From a virus: 64,000 nt of DNA. The notes under the pieces are model-generated. The model was not told the DNA's origin. It saw only the letters and a program-made list of their open reading frames with translations, and ran no database searches. Location: positions 5,915 through 69,914 of the IMG/VR virus record IMGVR_UViG_3300035670_012166; one strand, written 5' to 3'. The translations under genes and the position numbers were made by a program. Positions 40,572 to 50,518 of the stretch are shown in pieces; within the stretch, counting starts at the first letter, position 1, and the number at the start of each line of letters is the position of its first letter.

Positions 40572-41189
40572 GTCTATATCTTTATCTTCATCATAAAATT
40601 CCCTGTCATCCACACCATTCATTTGATAATCAATGTGGGCATCAGGGAATTTTTGTCTTATTTTACTTATTGCTTCGTCTTTGCTATAATCCTCTAGTGG
40701 TAGATTAGTGGTGAAAACAACATGATGACGAATCTCTTCTGCATCTTCTTCATCACTATATAATTCTTCCAATCCAGGAATAGATAATTGATCTGTGATT
40801 AATTTGCCTTCTTTGTCAGACCCTGCTCTTAATGCCTTAAATGACAAAGGATCCATAAAGAAGAATTTCCAAACACCATTTTCAGGAAATAATAAAATTT
40901 GTGGATAAAGCTCAAAATGTTTTCTTGTGCCTTTATGTTTATCAGCAATTTGTTCAACAGGATCTTTTGAAGGATCAAAAATAAATTTATCATCACCTAA
41001 AACTTCGACAGGATCTTTGCCTTCTTTTCTTGCTCTAGTTAATGCAAAATCAGAAAATGTTTCAGGATTCTTATATACTTGGTCAAAATCTAAATCAGAA
41101 GCGTCAATAGCTACTTTGGTAAATTTATCTGCTAGTCTAAAACATCCTAAATTATCCAAAATAGATGCTGTACGAAGAAAGTTAAACAT
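40563..41189 (-). CDS. Hypothetical protein with LDxxG-type leader
   Basis: MFNFLRTASILDNLGCFRLADKFTKVA. Confidence 0.6.
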   Translation of the reverse strand: MFNFLRTASILDNLGCFRLADKFTKVAIDASDLDFDQVYKNPETFSDFALTRARKEGKDPVEVLGDDKFIFDPSKDPVEQIADKHKGTRKHFELYPQILLFPENGVWKFFFMDPLSFKALRAGSDKEGKLITDQLSIPGLEELYSDEEDAEEIRHHVVFTTNLPLEDYSKDEAISKIRQKFPDAHIDYQMNGVDDREFYDEDKDIDLT

Positions 41190-41191
41190 AC

Positions 41192-41875
41192 TTACTTCTT
41201 TGGCATTTTGTGAGAGGCATCCTTTTTCTCATCATCTTTGAATTGAACATAAACTTCGGATGCTTTTTTTCTAATTCTGGTGAGAGCATTATCAACACAT
41301 TTTGCTGGAACATTCAATGTGTAAGAAATTTCTTTATATGATGAATTGTGTCCATACTCTACAAAAATATCTGCTTCAAGAGGTGTTAATCTATCTAAAA
41401 GCATTTCAGAATTTATTTCTAATTCTTCTCTAACAATTATATCTTCTACCAAATTAACTTCAGGTGATTCATCATAAGGATTTTTCTTATCAGGAATATA
41501 ATCTCCTAAAGAATGAAAATTACCATCATCATTCAATATGAAAGGAGCATCTAAAGAAATAGAATCATTCAACGCTGAATTCTTCATTCTTTTAGCAGAA
41601 GCGATAGCAGTGGCAAGATGTCTTTTGCAAACTAAATTAACACAAAAGTTTTTGAATGTTGTGTCTTTAGTACAATCGTAGGAATTAACTGCCTTAAATA
41701 CACCTAATCTCAATTCTTGCATAACATCTTCTTTGTCTCCACCAACAATAAAGAAGTGAGGTGCAATTTTCTTGAGATCAGGTTCTACCATCTTAAGAAG
41801 TTTCTTAAATGCTACTTCGTTACCAGCTTTTGCTTTGTTTACTAATCTTACTATCTTAATATCTTCGGTTGCCAT
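41192..41875 (-). CDS. sigH: SigH-like RNA polymerase sigma factor (start likely ATG 41875)
   Basis: GGDKEDVMQE..LGVFKAV..YD....FKNF..L...R...TAI.SA.R.K...LN..ISLD; SYKEIS..L....K.VDNALTRIRKK. Confidence 0.75.
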   Translation of the reverse strand: MATEDIKIVRLVNKAKAGNEVAFKKLLKMVEPDLKKIAPHFFIVGGDKEDVMQELRLGVFKAVNSYDCTKDTTFKNFCVNLVCKRHLATAIASAKRMKNSALNDSISLDAPFILNDDGNFHSLGDYIPDKKNPYDESPEVNLVEDIIVREELEINSEMLLDRLTPLEADIFVEYGHNSSYKEISYTLNVPAKCVDNALTRIRKKASEVYVQFKDDEKKDASHKMPKK

Positions 41876-41912
41876 CAAAACTCCCGAAGGCACAAATCAT
41901 CTAAAAATCTTC

Positions 41913-42971
41913 TTACGCTGATTCCCTATTAGCGTATCTTTCTATAATTTTGAGAACACCTGTAGTTGCAACAATGTCCTCAGAAACAGTTTGCCTTATA
42001 TCTTTTGAAATCTTATACAGTTGTTCTGCGATATCTATAAGCAACATTGTATCGACAGACTTAGCTATTTGTTCTATATCCTCATCTCTATCAACCTTTT
42101 TGGTCTTAGTAACACAATATCTAAATGCTGTTATGAATACTTGAGAAGATTCTAATAATAAATTTCCTAAATTTCTTCCTTCTAAATAAGAAGATTGTAT
42201 TAATCTAAAAGCTAAATTGTAATCTTCTTGACAAATTGAAAAACTAAGATCAATAGCCAACTGCTTTGGAGATTTATCAAGTAATTCTCTAATGTTATTT
42301 TCACTTATTTCTACTAAAGAAGCTTGTTCTAAAATTGATAAAGCTGTTCTTGCACTACCATCTGCTTCAAGAGCAATCATTTCAAGAGCAGTGTCTTCAA
42401 AAACAAGATTTTCTTTAAGACAAACAGATTGAAGTAAATTAACCAGATTAATTTTGGATAACTTCTTCATAATAAATGTTTGACAGCGAGTGTGAATTGC
42501 TCTTAAGATTTTATGTGGGTCAGTAGTACAAAAGAAAAACTTAACAAACTCAGGTGGTTCTTCCGTAAGTTTAATTAATGAAGTTTGAGCTTGGGTAGTT
42601 AACATTTGCGCTTCATCAAGAATGAAAATTTTGTATTTACTTAAAGTTGGAGCTAACCTTGAAATTTGAACAACATTTTCCCTGATGTGATCAACACCAT
42701 TGTTGACAGCACAATTTATTTCATAAACATCAGGATGATTGTCATTCAATACCATATCAATTGCATTTTCATCACCATCACAAAGTAAATGAGCAGATGC
42801 AACACGAGCAAGTGTAGTTTTACCAGTACCAGGAGGGCCAGATAAAATGTAGGCGTGAGTAGTTTTATTATTCTTGACCTGCATTTCAAGAATTTCTGCA
42901 GATTTACTCCCAAGAATATCTGAGAAAGTTTTAGGACGATACTTGTTATAAAAACTTTGACTAATCATCAT
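41913..42971 (-). CDS. dnaX: DNA polymerase III gamma/tau clamp-loader ATPase (start likely about 42971)
   Basis: KYRPKTF, HAYILSGPPGTGKTT, IFILDEAQML, EEPP, SRC-like TRCQ, GSARTAL. Confidence 0.9.
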   Translation of the reverse strand: MMISQSFYNKYRPKTFSDILGSKSAEILEMQVKNNKTTHAYILSGPPGTGKTTLARVASAHLLCDGDENAIDMVLNDNHPDVYEINCAVNNGVDHIRENVVQISRLAPTLSKYKIFILDEAQMLTTQAQTSLIKLTEEPPEFVKFFFCTTDPHKILRAIHTRCQTFIMKKLSKINLVNLLQSVCLKENLVFEDTALEMIALEADGSARTALSILEQASLVEISENNIRELLDKSPKQLAIDLSFSICQEDYNLAFRLIQSSYLEGRNLGNLLLESSQVFITAFRYCVTKTKKVDRDEDIEQIAKSVDTMLLIDIAEQLYKISKDIRQTVSEDIVATTGVLKIIERYANRESA

Positions 42972-43440
42972 CTTCCATTGGCAAAATAAGCGGTAAAACA
43001 TCTGGGCCTAATAATGATGGTAAATTATCTTTTAGCATCCAATAAGGTCCCAAACCAACACGAACAAAGTATTCTACAATAAACCCATAATCTTGAACAT
43101 CGAATGATCTGATTTTACCATCTAATGCGGGACTTATTGAATACAAGCATCTAAAAACAATCCATTCTTTTTTAGATTGTTCTAGCTCTTCCCAAAGATC
43201 AGACCAAACACCAAGACAATAAATTTTTCCATTCCCTAAGGATTGTAAAATTCCCCTAGCCCAAGATTGAGTCAACCCCGACATAATATATGGCGGGGCA
43301 TTCTTACCTTTATATCCATCCATCTCAACAAAATGAACTAAATTTAAATCTACATATCCAATAAATGGGTAATATCTAGATATTAATTTTTCAGCTAATT
43401 CACGACATTCTGTTGATTCAATAAATTCTGGATCACTCAT
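42961..43440 (-). CDS. Phage metallopeptidase-like protein lacking HExxH (probably inactive)
   Basis: Architecture ...W..L......LxxHELxH...HDVEEF is present as W..L.....WIVFRCLYSI...FDVQDY. Confidence 0.45.
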   Translation of the reverse strand: MSDPEFIESTECRELAEKLISRYYPFIGYVDLNLVHFVEMDGYKGKNAPPYIMSGLTQSWARGILQSLGNGKIYCLGVWSDLWEELEQSKKEWIVFRCLYSISPALDGKIRSFDVQDYGFIVEYFVRVGLGPYWMLKDNLPSLLGPDVLPLILPMEDDD

Positions 43441-43772
43441 AATGATAATTGAGTCACTGCAACTACTTGACCATTCTCATTTCTTACAGCAGAAGGGCCT
43501 GTATCAACACAGTATACATCCTCACGATCAAATGGAATAAAGTCCATTGAGACTCTACTTACAATGTAATAAACACCCTCTTCAGGATCAGGCAAATTTA
43601 CAATCTTTTCAAAATGTGTTTCAGCTATAGGGATATTTGCAACTTTACCAATTATTCTTTGTTTGGTTTCTACAAAGCAAGGTTTCTCTGCTTTTGGCAA
43701 AGTTCCATAACCTGATATTGTAATATCGTGTCCAATTAGATTTACAAATTTTTTAAATTCTGAATACATCAT
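43437..43772 (-). CDS. Hypothetical phage protein
   Basis: LPDPEEGVYYIVS...REDV...VRNENGQVVA pattern, which I recall from phage hypotheticals. Confidence 0.6.
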   Translation of the reverse strand: MMYSEFKKFVNLIGHDITISGYGTLPKAEKPCFVETKQRIIGKVANIPIAETHFEKIVNLPDPEEGVYYIVSRVSMDFIPFDREDVYCVDTGPSAVRNENGQVVAVTQLSL

Positions 43773-44146
43773 AAATCTATACCTGCAATCCCTTCATTAC
43801 GTGATGGTTGGAAAACAAAAGCAGATTTATCTCCATTTGCTCTCAAGTCATTGATGAGAACTCTTGAACCACCACCAATGCCCATTACTAGTTGATCATA
43901 AACAATTCCAGCATAAGAAAGCTGCTTGACTGTAACATCACGCAAACTTTCTTTTCTGCCAGTGGTGAGAATAATCTTATAGCCTTTACTATCCCATTCA
44001 CGAATCTTATCTACAGTTCCATGAATAATTTTAGGTTGATATCCAGGCTTGGCAATTTCAGTTGGATCACCTTGTTCCCAAAGTGTTCCATCTAGATCAC
44101 AAAAAATAGTGTAATTTTTTGTTGCTTGATCAATATTGTGTTCCAT
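43769..44146 (-). CDS. HAD-family phosphatase
   Basis: FCDLDGTL, LTTGR, IND. Confidence 0.75.
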   Translation of the reverse strand: MEHNIDQATKNYTIFCDLDGTLWEQGDPTEIAKPGYQPKIIHGTVDKIREWDSKGYKIILTTGRKESLRDVTVKQLSYAGIVYDQLVMGIGGGSRVLINDLRANGDKSAFVFQPSRNEGIAGIDL

Positions 44147-44625
44147 TACTTGCCTGTACTACCTAAACCACCCTTACGAGAGGTTTTATCAGTCTTACCA
44201 AATTCTTCAACTTCAACTAGTTCGTGAGCAGCTAACTTTGCCACAACCATTTGAGCAATTCGATCACCGTGTTTGATAGAGAATGGAATCTTATTGTGAT
44301 TGATTAAAATTACCTTAAGTTCAAAATCTTCTCCATCACCACAATAATCACTATCAATAGTGCCTGGAGTATTAAGAACAGTAACACCAAACTTAGCAGC
44401 CAAACCAGATCGAGGGCGAATTTGAATTTCGTAACCATTTGGAATATTTACATTTAGACCAGTGGGAACAATCATAGTCGAATGAGGAGCAATCAAAGTT
44501 TGCTCATCGTAAGAATCCTTCAGCCAAGCACAAAGATCATAACCTGCTGCACTTTCTGTAGCTTTCTTGGGAACAATTGCACCCTCACGAAAAGCTTTAA
44601 CTTCAACCTTTGCAACAATATCCAT
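44146..44625 (-). CDS. dut: Trimeric dUTPase
   Basis: AGYDL, RPRSGLA, GTIDSDY, GDRIAQ, RKGGLGSTG. Confidence 0.95.
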   Translation of the reverse strand: MDIVAKVEVKAFREGAIVPKKATESAAGYDLCAWLKDSYDEQTLIAPHSTMIVPTGLNVNIPNGYEIQIRPRSGLAAKFGVTVLNTPGTIDSDYCGDGEDFELKVILINHNKIPFSIKHGDRIAQMVVAKLAAHELVEVEEFGKTDKTSRKGGLGSTGK

Positions 44626-44627
44626 AA

Positions 44628-44945
44628 CTAAATACCTTCCTCATTCTTTATCATATCAAAAGTAATTTCCTCAGCATCCGGGTTGAATACTAAAGATAAT
44701 GGATGCTCACGATTCTTAAGAGCAACAGTAAAATTGATTAATTCTCGACCTTCCAGATACCTATCCATTTTAGTAAGATCTTTAATATCGTCTAATGACA
44801 ATGCTGCAGTATATACTCTTTCAGATTTTGTATCTTGTAACTGTAACCAAATATATTGAATAATTTTTGGGTCATCTTCAGTTCCCTCATCTTCTCGCAA
44901 TACAGCATCTAATATCTTAACTTCTCTTACTACAGATTTACTCAT
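44628..44945 (-). CDS. Hypothetical protein
   Basis: 105-aa ORF; TG-n-TAAAAT 6 nt upstream of the ATG. Confidence 0.6.
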   Translation of the reverse strand: MSKSVVREVKILDAVLREDEGTEDDPKIIQYIWLQLQDTKSERVYTAALSLDDIKDLTKMDRYLEGRELINFTVALKNREHPLSLVFNPDAEEITFDMIKNEEGI

Positions 44946-44982
44946 ACAAGGATTTTACCACAACATAAAGTAAAAGTAAATT

Positions 44983-46548
44983 ATGTGGTACAAAACTGCT
45001 CTTACTACAATCGACCCAACAGGACAAATTAATTTTCCTGATATGGGTGGGCATAAATTCAACCTAAATGATTTAAAATTTAAAGTTAATGTTAAAGATT
45101 ATATTAACACAAAAAGAGTTATAATTTTTGCTTTTATTCCTGCGATCAAAAATTCAATAGGAACACTCGAGTTTATATACGATAAAGACAAAAATTACAT
45201 TGATATTGATGGTGTATTAGTTAAAAAAATAGGAAAAATACCCCTAGAAAAATTACAACAACAACACGATGATCAAGTGCAATTAAAAACAACTGGAATT
45301 GGAATTGGAAAAAAACTTTATGAAAAGTTTTTAGAAGTTGTTCAAAACGATGAAGAATTGTCTAAAGCAGATTTTGTAAGAGGGGACGTTCATTCACAGC
45401 AAGCTTATAAAGCAAAGAATAATGCATTGGGCAAACCATTTGAAGCTAGAAGTAAATTTAATACATCTGAAAATAATCAAGCAATTAGAAATAAAATTAT
45501 TGATTTAGAAAATGAACTTTACGATCCTGATATAACTTATATTAGAAAAAATCAAATATTACAATTAATCAACACACTTACATTTGAATTAGAAAAATCT
45601 GTACCCGTTACACACGAACAGTCTATGGATATTTTAGTTCCTGCTAGTTGGTCTAAAGATGGCACTTATGTAGATAATCTTTATAATTATCCAAGTGTTG
45701 AAACAAAACATAGAATTCCTGCTAAAAGTGAAGATAGACCGAAGAGAAGACTACAAGATCCAAATCAATTAAGTTTAGATGTAGCTGCTAGTCAAAAACA
45801 TTACAAGATTGCTATAACTCAAGTTGATCCTTCTGGGCAAATTAATATGGATTTTCCAGGAATTAGACCTAAACCATTCAATATAGACAAAGATGTAGAT
45901 TTTAAAATAAAATATGATCAATTTTGGAAATCTTATACCATCACTGCTTACTTGAAAAATGGTAGAGATCTAGGACATATCTCAATGGAAGTTCCTGAAG
46001 GTATGAACACAGCAAAGATTGAGTTTGTTACCTTAAATGAATATCCAAATAGTGCAGGAACAGAGGAATGGGAAAAGCCCAAAAATCCTGAAGATAGATT
46101 AAGACCTGACTTAATGAAAGAATTAAAACAGGCTGGATATGAAGTTGATGAAAATTCCTATACTAGATTGAAATGGGGCATAGGCAAAAGACTCTACGAA
46201 GAAGCTAAAAAGTTCTTACAAAAAAATAAACCAGATGTTGAATTTGTTGAAGGAACTGTTCATAGCAGAGATGCATATAATAGCAGAAATTCAGTATTTG
46301 GATTGCCTAATTCTGCATACGATCCAGATGGAAGTACTTGGTATAGAATTCATCAAGATCATTCTCCTGAAGAACGTGAAGAATTATCAAAAAAAATCTC
46401 ATATGAATTATTTCCATCTAGATTCCAAAACTCTGGCGAATCTGAAATTCCACCTAGTATGTTTTATGTAAAGCATAAAATAAATAAATTACCAACCAAA
46501 AAGGTCAACCAAGATCAATCTGAAGGATTATTCGACGATGTGGTATAG
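44983..46548 (+). CDS. MWY-leader protein with two tandem GNAT-like modules
   Basis: Internal duplication: DP(T/S)GQIN..., GIG(IG)K.LYE, (D/E)FV.G.VHS..AY..(K/R)N...G. Confidence 0.55.
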   Translation: MWYKTALTTIDPTGQINFPDMGGHKFNLNDLKFKVNVKDYINTKRVIIFAFIPAIKNSIGTLEFIYDKDKNYIDIDGVLVKKIGKIPLEKLQQQHDDQVQLKTTGIGIGKKLYEKFLEVVQNDEELSKADFVRGDVHSQQAYKAKNNALGKPFEARSKFNTSENNQAIRNKIIDLENELYDPDITYIRKNQILQLINTLTFELEKSVPVTHEQSMDILVPASWSKDGTYVDNLYNYPSVETKHRIPAKSEDRPKRRLQDPNQLSLDVAASQKHYKIAITQVDPSGQINMDFPGIRPKPFNIDKDVDFKIKYDQFWKSYTITAYLKNGRDLGHISMEVPEGMNTAKIEFVTLNEYPNSAGTEEWEKPKNPEDRLRPDLMKELKQAGYEVDENSYTRLKWGIGKRLYEEAKKFLQKNKPDVEFVEGTVHSRDAYNSRNSVFGLPNSAYDPDGSTWYRIHQDHSPEEREELSKKISYELFPSRFQNSGESEIPPSMFYVKHKINKLPTKKVNQDQSEGLFDDVV

Positions 46549-47005
46549 ATTTGCACAAATATTTGGTATACATCCAAAAGAAAAAGAAGCATTGGAATTT
46601 TATGGTGAAACAGATGATCCTGTTAAGGCTGGTTATGTACTAAGCACTGGAAAATTTCTAGATTATTCTGAAGGTGGGTACGAGAGATCATTAGATCATA
46701 GAAACATTGAATATATTATGGATGAGCCAGAAGAATCTAAAGGAAGTAGATATTCTGATTATGTTGTTCCTTTTATGTCTTTAACTGGCGCAATTAGAGT
46801 TTCAAATTATGGTGAATGGAGTGTCGATATACATTCTCCTCCTACTCCTGAACAAATTACAGCTATAGCAAGAAATCATATAAATGGAAAAGATTTTCAT
46901 TATGATGTAGATCCTCTTGGAATTAGTGAAACATTACCAAGAGCTTCTCAGGAAGCAGTAGCTAATAAATTGAGAGAAATTAGAAGACAATTAATGGGCC
47001 AATAA
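46538..47005 (+). CDS. Hypothetical MWY-leader protein
   Basis: MWYRFAQ; AGY...G..LD.S...R..DHR.I...GAIR. Confidence 0.6.
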   Translation: MWYRFAQIFGIHPKEKEALEFYGETDDPVKAGYVLSTGKFLDYSEGGYERSLDHRNIEYIMDEPEESKGSRYSDYVVPFMSLTGAIRVSNYGEWSVDIHSPPTPEQITAIARNHINGKDFHYDVDPLGISETLPRASQEAVANKLREIRRQLMGQ

Positions 47006-47036
47006 AAAAGAGGGGATTTCTCCCCTCTTTTTTATT
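47001..47036. terminator. Bidirectional terminator
   Basis: AATAAAAAAGAGGGGA/TCCCCTCTTTTTTATT. Confidence 0.85.
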
Positions 47037-49477
47037 CAACTGCCACAAACAAGACAGTCCGGATCATCAAGTCTGCATTGTGGAACATCATCAGCAAATT
47101 CTAAAGGTTTCATTTGCTCTACTTCTTTAGGTTTTTCTACCTCTTGGATAGATGCACTTGAAAGATCAATTCCAAGTCCCTTCAATGCTTGTGCTTTAGG
47201 CTTGACACGAAGATAATACATACCTGTCTTCAACCCTAATTTCCAACCATACATATGAGCAGAAGATAATTTAGATGCAGTTGGTTCAGCCATAAACATA
47301 TTCAATGATTGTGATTGGTCAATGAAGTATGAACGATCACGAGCCATTTCAAGAATTGACTTACCCTTCATCTCCCAAACTGTCTTGTAAACTTCTTTGA
47401 TGTCAGTAGGAATTTCAGGAATGTTTTGAACTGAACCATTCTCATTGAATAACTTCAATCTAACATTGTCATTCCAGATACCAAGATTGACAAGATCTTC
47501 TACTAGATGCTTATTAATAACAGCATATTCACCACTCAAAGTATTACGCTTATAAAGATTGGTAGTGAAAGGCTCAAAACACTCGTTATTTCCAAGAATT
47601 TGTGCGGTTGAAGCTGTAGGCATTGGTGCAACAAGTAAAGAATTTCTCAAACCAAATTCTTTGATTTCTTCTTTGAGTGATGCAAAATCCCACATACCGG
47701 AAAGATCATTCTCGTTAAGTCCCCATAAGTCATATTGTAATAAACCTTGAGATGCTGGAGATCCTTCAAAAGACGCATAAGAGCCATATTTCTTTGCCAA
47801 ATCCTTAGATGCAGTAAGAGCAGCAAAATAAATTGTTTCAAAGATATCCCTATTCAATTTACGTGCTTCATCTGATTCAAATGGAAGACCCATAAGAACA
47901 AAAGTATCTGCCAAACCTTGAACACCTAAACCAATAGGACGATGCTTAAGATTTGATGCTTTTGTTTCTGGTGTTGGATAGTAATTTACATCAATGACCT
48001 GATTTAAATTGATTGTTGCTTGATAAACTACATCGAACAAGAATTTAAAGTCATACTTGCGTAATTTTTTATCCTTCTCACGAACCTTGCCAGATGGGAT
48101 TACTACATACTTTGGCAATGCAATAGAAGCAAGATTACATACAGCAATCTCGTTTTTGTCCGTATATTCTAGGATTTCTGTACACAAATTTGAAGACTTG
48201 ATTGTTCCAAGATTCTTCTGATTTGACTTATAATTACATGAATCCTTGTAAAGCATATAAGGAGTGCCTGTTTCAACTTGTGAATCAAGGACTTTTTCCC
48301 ACAATTCACGAGCTTTGATGGTTTTTAATGCCTTGCCTTCAGCTTCATACTTCTCATAAAGTTCAGTAAAAACTTTCTTGTCTGGAGAATCATAAGCATC
48401 AATTAATCCCGGAACTTGGTCAGGTGAGAATAAAGACCAATTACCATCAGATTCAACACGCTTCATAAATAGGTCTGGAATCCAAAGAGCTAAGAACAAA
48501 TCTCTAGCACGTAATTCTTCCTTTCCTTGATTCTTACGAAGCTCAAGAAATTCAAAGATATCACCATGCCAAGGCTCAAGATAAACAGCAATGGAGCCTT
48601 TACGCTTCCCGCCACCCTGATCTACATACCTAGCTGTTTCATTGAATACTTTGAGCATTGGAATAATTCCATTAGAATATCCATTAGTACCCTTGATATA
48701 GCTGCCTTTTGCACGAATCTTGTGAATGTTGATACCAATTCCACCAGCAGATTGAGAAATTAAAGCACAATCTGAAAGTGTTTTGTAAATTCCTGGAATA
48801 CTATCATCATCAATATCTAATAAAAAACAGGATGACAATTGAGGACGATTGGTAGAAGCATTGAAAAGAGTTGGAGTGGCGTGGGTAAAAAGACCTTGAG
48901 AAAGCATATCATATGTCTTTTGAACCATCTCTAAATTATCACGCCAAATCCCAACAGACACACGCATATAGAGATGTTGAGGTGTTTCTGCTGCTTCACC
49001 ATCAACCTTAAGTAAATAAGACTTACGCAATGTCATAAAGCCGAAATAATCAAAATTGAAATCTCGATCGTGAACAATCATTGCATCAAGCTCATTAGAA
49101 TACTTCTGGATGACAGCATATACTTCATCAGAGATCATTCCAGCTTTTTCACCAGTCTTTGGATTGATGTAATTGTAAAGTGTATTAGCAACTGTTGAAA
49201 AATCCTTTGGAACATTCTTGTAAAGAGCTGTAATTGCAATACGAGCAGCAAGTTTTCCAAAGTCAGGATGGACAGTGACCATAGATGCAGCAGTTTCAGC
49301 ACTCAATTGATCTAATTCAGCACTTGAAACACCATCATAAAGACCAGACACAACTTTAGTACTTACAATGTCTGGATCTACACGTTCATTTAAGCCATAT
49401 GTAAGCTTCTTGATACGTGAGGAAATCTTTTCTAACTTCAATGGTTCTGTAGTACCATTACGCTTTAAAATATCCAT
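47036..49477 (-). CDS. nrdA: Ribonucleotide reductase class Ia, alpha subunit with ATP cone
   Basis: ATPTLFN, QLSSCFL, SNLCTEI, VCNLAS, APMPTAST, KTGMYYLR, C-terminal CxxC. Confidence 0.97.
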   Translation of the reverse strand: MDILKRNGTTEPLKLEKISSRIKKLTYGLNERVDPDIVSTKVVSGLYDGVSSAELDQLSAETAASMVTVHPDFGKLAARIAITALYKNVPKDFSTVANTLYNYINPKTGEKAGMISDEVYAVIQKYSNELDAMIVHDRDFNFDYFGFMTLRKSYLLKVDGEAAETPQHLYMRVSVGIWRDNLEMVQKTYDMLSQGLFTHATPTLFNASTNRPQLSSCFLLDIDDDSIPGIYKTLSDCALISQSAGGIGINIHKIRAKGSYIKGTNGYSNGIIPMLKVFNETARYVDQGGGKRKGSIAVYLEPWHGDIFEFLELRKNQGKEELRARDLFLALWIPDLFMKRVESDGNWSLFSPDQVPGLIDAYDSPDKKVFTELYEKYEAEGKALKTIKARELWEKVLDSQVETGTPYMLYKDSCNYKSNQKNLGTIKSSNLCTEILEYTDKNEIAVCNLASIALPKYVVIPSGKVREKDKKLRKYDFKFLFDVVYQATINLNQVIDVNYYPTPETKASNLKHRPIGLGVQGLADTFVLMGLPFESDEARKLNRDIFETIYFAALTASKDLAKKYGSYASFEGSPASQGLLQYDLWGLNENDLSGMWDFASLKEEIKEFGLRNSLLVAPMPTASTAQILGNNECFEPFTTNLYKRNTLSGEYAVINKHLVEDLVNLGIWNDNVRLKLFNENGSVQNIPEIPTDIKEVYKTVWEMKGKSILEMARDRSYFIDQSQSLNMFMAEPTASKLSSAHMYGWKLGLKTGMYYLRVKPKAQALKGLGIDLSSASIQEVEKPKEVEQMKPLEFADDVPQCRLDDPDCLVCGS

Positions 49478-49479
49478 AA

Positions 49480-50436
49480 CTAAAAGTCCTCATCGAATGA
49501 AATTTGCTCTTGAACTTCACCAACACCACTCTTTACATAATCTGCAACACGCTTCTCAAAGAAGTTGGTCTTGTTCTGCAAAGCAATATTAGCCATAAAG
49601 TCAAAAGGGTTCTCTGTATTATATACTTTTCCTACGCCTAAGTCCATCAAAAGGCGATCAGAAACATACTCAAGATATTGTTTCATCAATTCAGAATTCA
49701 TACCAATTAAGGAAACTGGCAGTGCTTCGGTGATAAATTCTTTTTCAATTACAAGAGCAGAGTCAATAATTTCAAGAATGCGCTCACGAGAAAGCTTATT
49801 CTCAATATGATTTTTGTAGAGATGAACTGCAAAGTCTGTATGCAATCCTTCATCACGAGAAATTAATTCATTAGAGAATGAAAGACCTGGCATCAATCCA
49901 CGCTTCTTGAGCCAGAAGATACTACAGAATGAACCAGAAAAGAAAATTCCCTCTACAGCAGCAAAAGCAATAAGACGCTCCACAAATGATTCAGAGCCAA
50001 TCCACTTAAGAGCCCACTCTGCCTTCTTTTGAACAGCTGGAACTGTGTCAATGGCGTTGAAAAGATGGTTTTGCTCTTCTTTGTCTTTGATATAAGTGTC
50101 AATAAGAAGGGAGTATGTCTCGGAGTGAATATTCTCCATCATAATCTGGAAACCATAGAAGAATTTAGCTTCTGTATACTGCACTTCAGCAACAAAGTTT
50201 TCTGCTAAATTCTCATTTACAATTCCATCAGATGCAGCAAAAAAAGCTAGTACATGCTTTACAAAATGCTGTTCACCCTCGTTTAATTTTGCCCAGTCAG
50301 TAAGGTCTTGTGCTAAATCAATTTCTTCAGCAGTCCAAAAAACTTGCTGTGCTTTTTTGTAATAATCCCAAATATCGTGATGTTCAATTGGGAATAAAAC
50401 AAATCTATTTTTGTTCTCTTGTAATATTTTTTCCAT
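49480..50436 (-). CDS. nrdB: Ribonucleotide reductase class Ia, beta subunit
   Basis: [37 protein letters not shown]. Confidence 0.97.
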   Translation of the reverse strand: MEKILQENKNRFVLFPIEHHDIWDYYKKAQQVFWTAEEIDLAQDLTDWAKLNEGEQHFVKHVLAFFAASDGIVNENLAENFVAEVQYTEAKFFYGFQIMMENIHSETYSLLIDTYIKDKEEQNHLFNAIDTVPAVQKKAEWALKWIGSESFVERLIAFAAVEGIFFSGSFCSIFWLKKRGLMPGLSFSNELISRDEGLHTDFAVHLYKNHIENKLSRERILEIIDSALVIEKEFITEALPVSLIGMNSELMKQYLEYVSDRLLMDLGVGKVYNTENPFDFMANIALQNKTNFFEKRVADYVKSGVGEVQEQISFDEDF

Positions 50437-50518
50437 AATTTTTTGACAATAAAAAATACCTGAAAGAAATCAATCAGATATTTTTTATCCCTTCCTTTAA
50501 TAGTATGAGGTATTTGTT

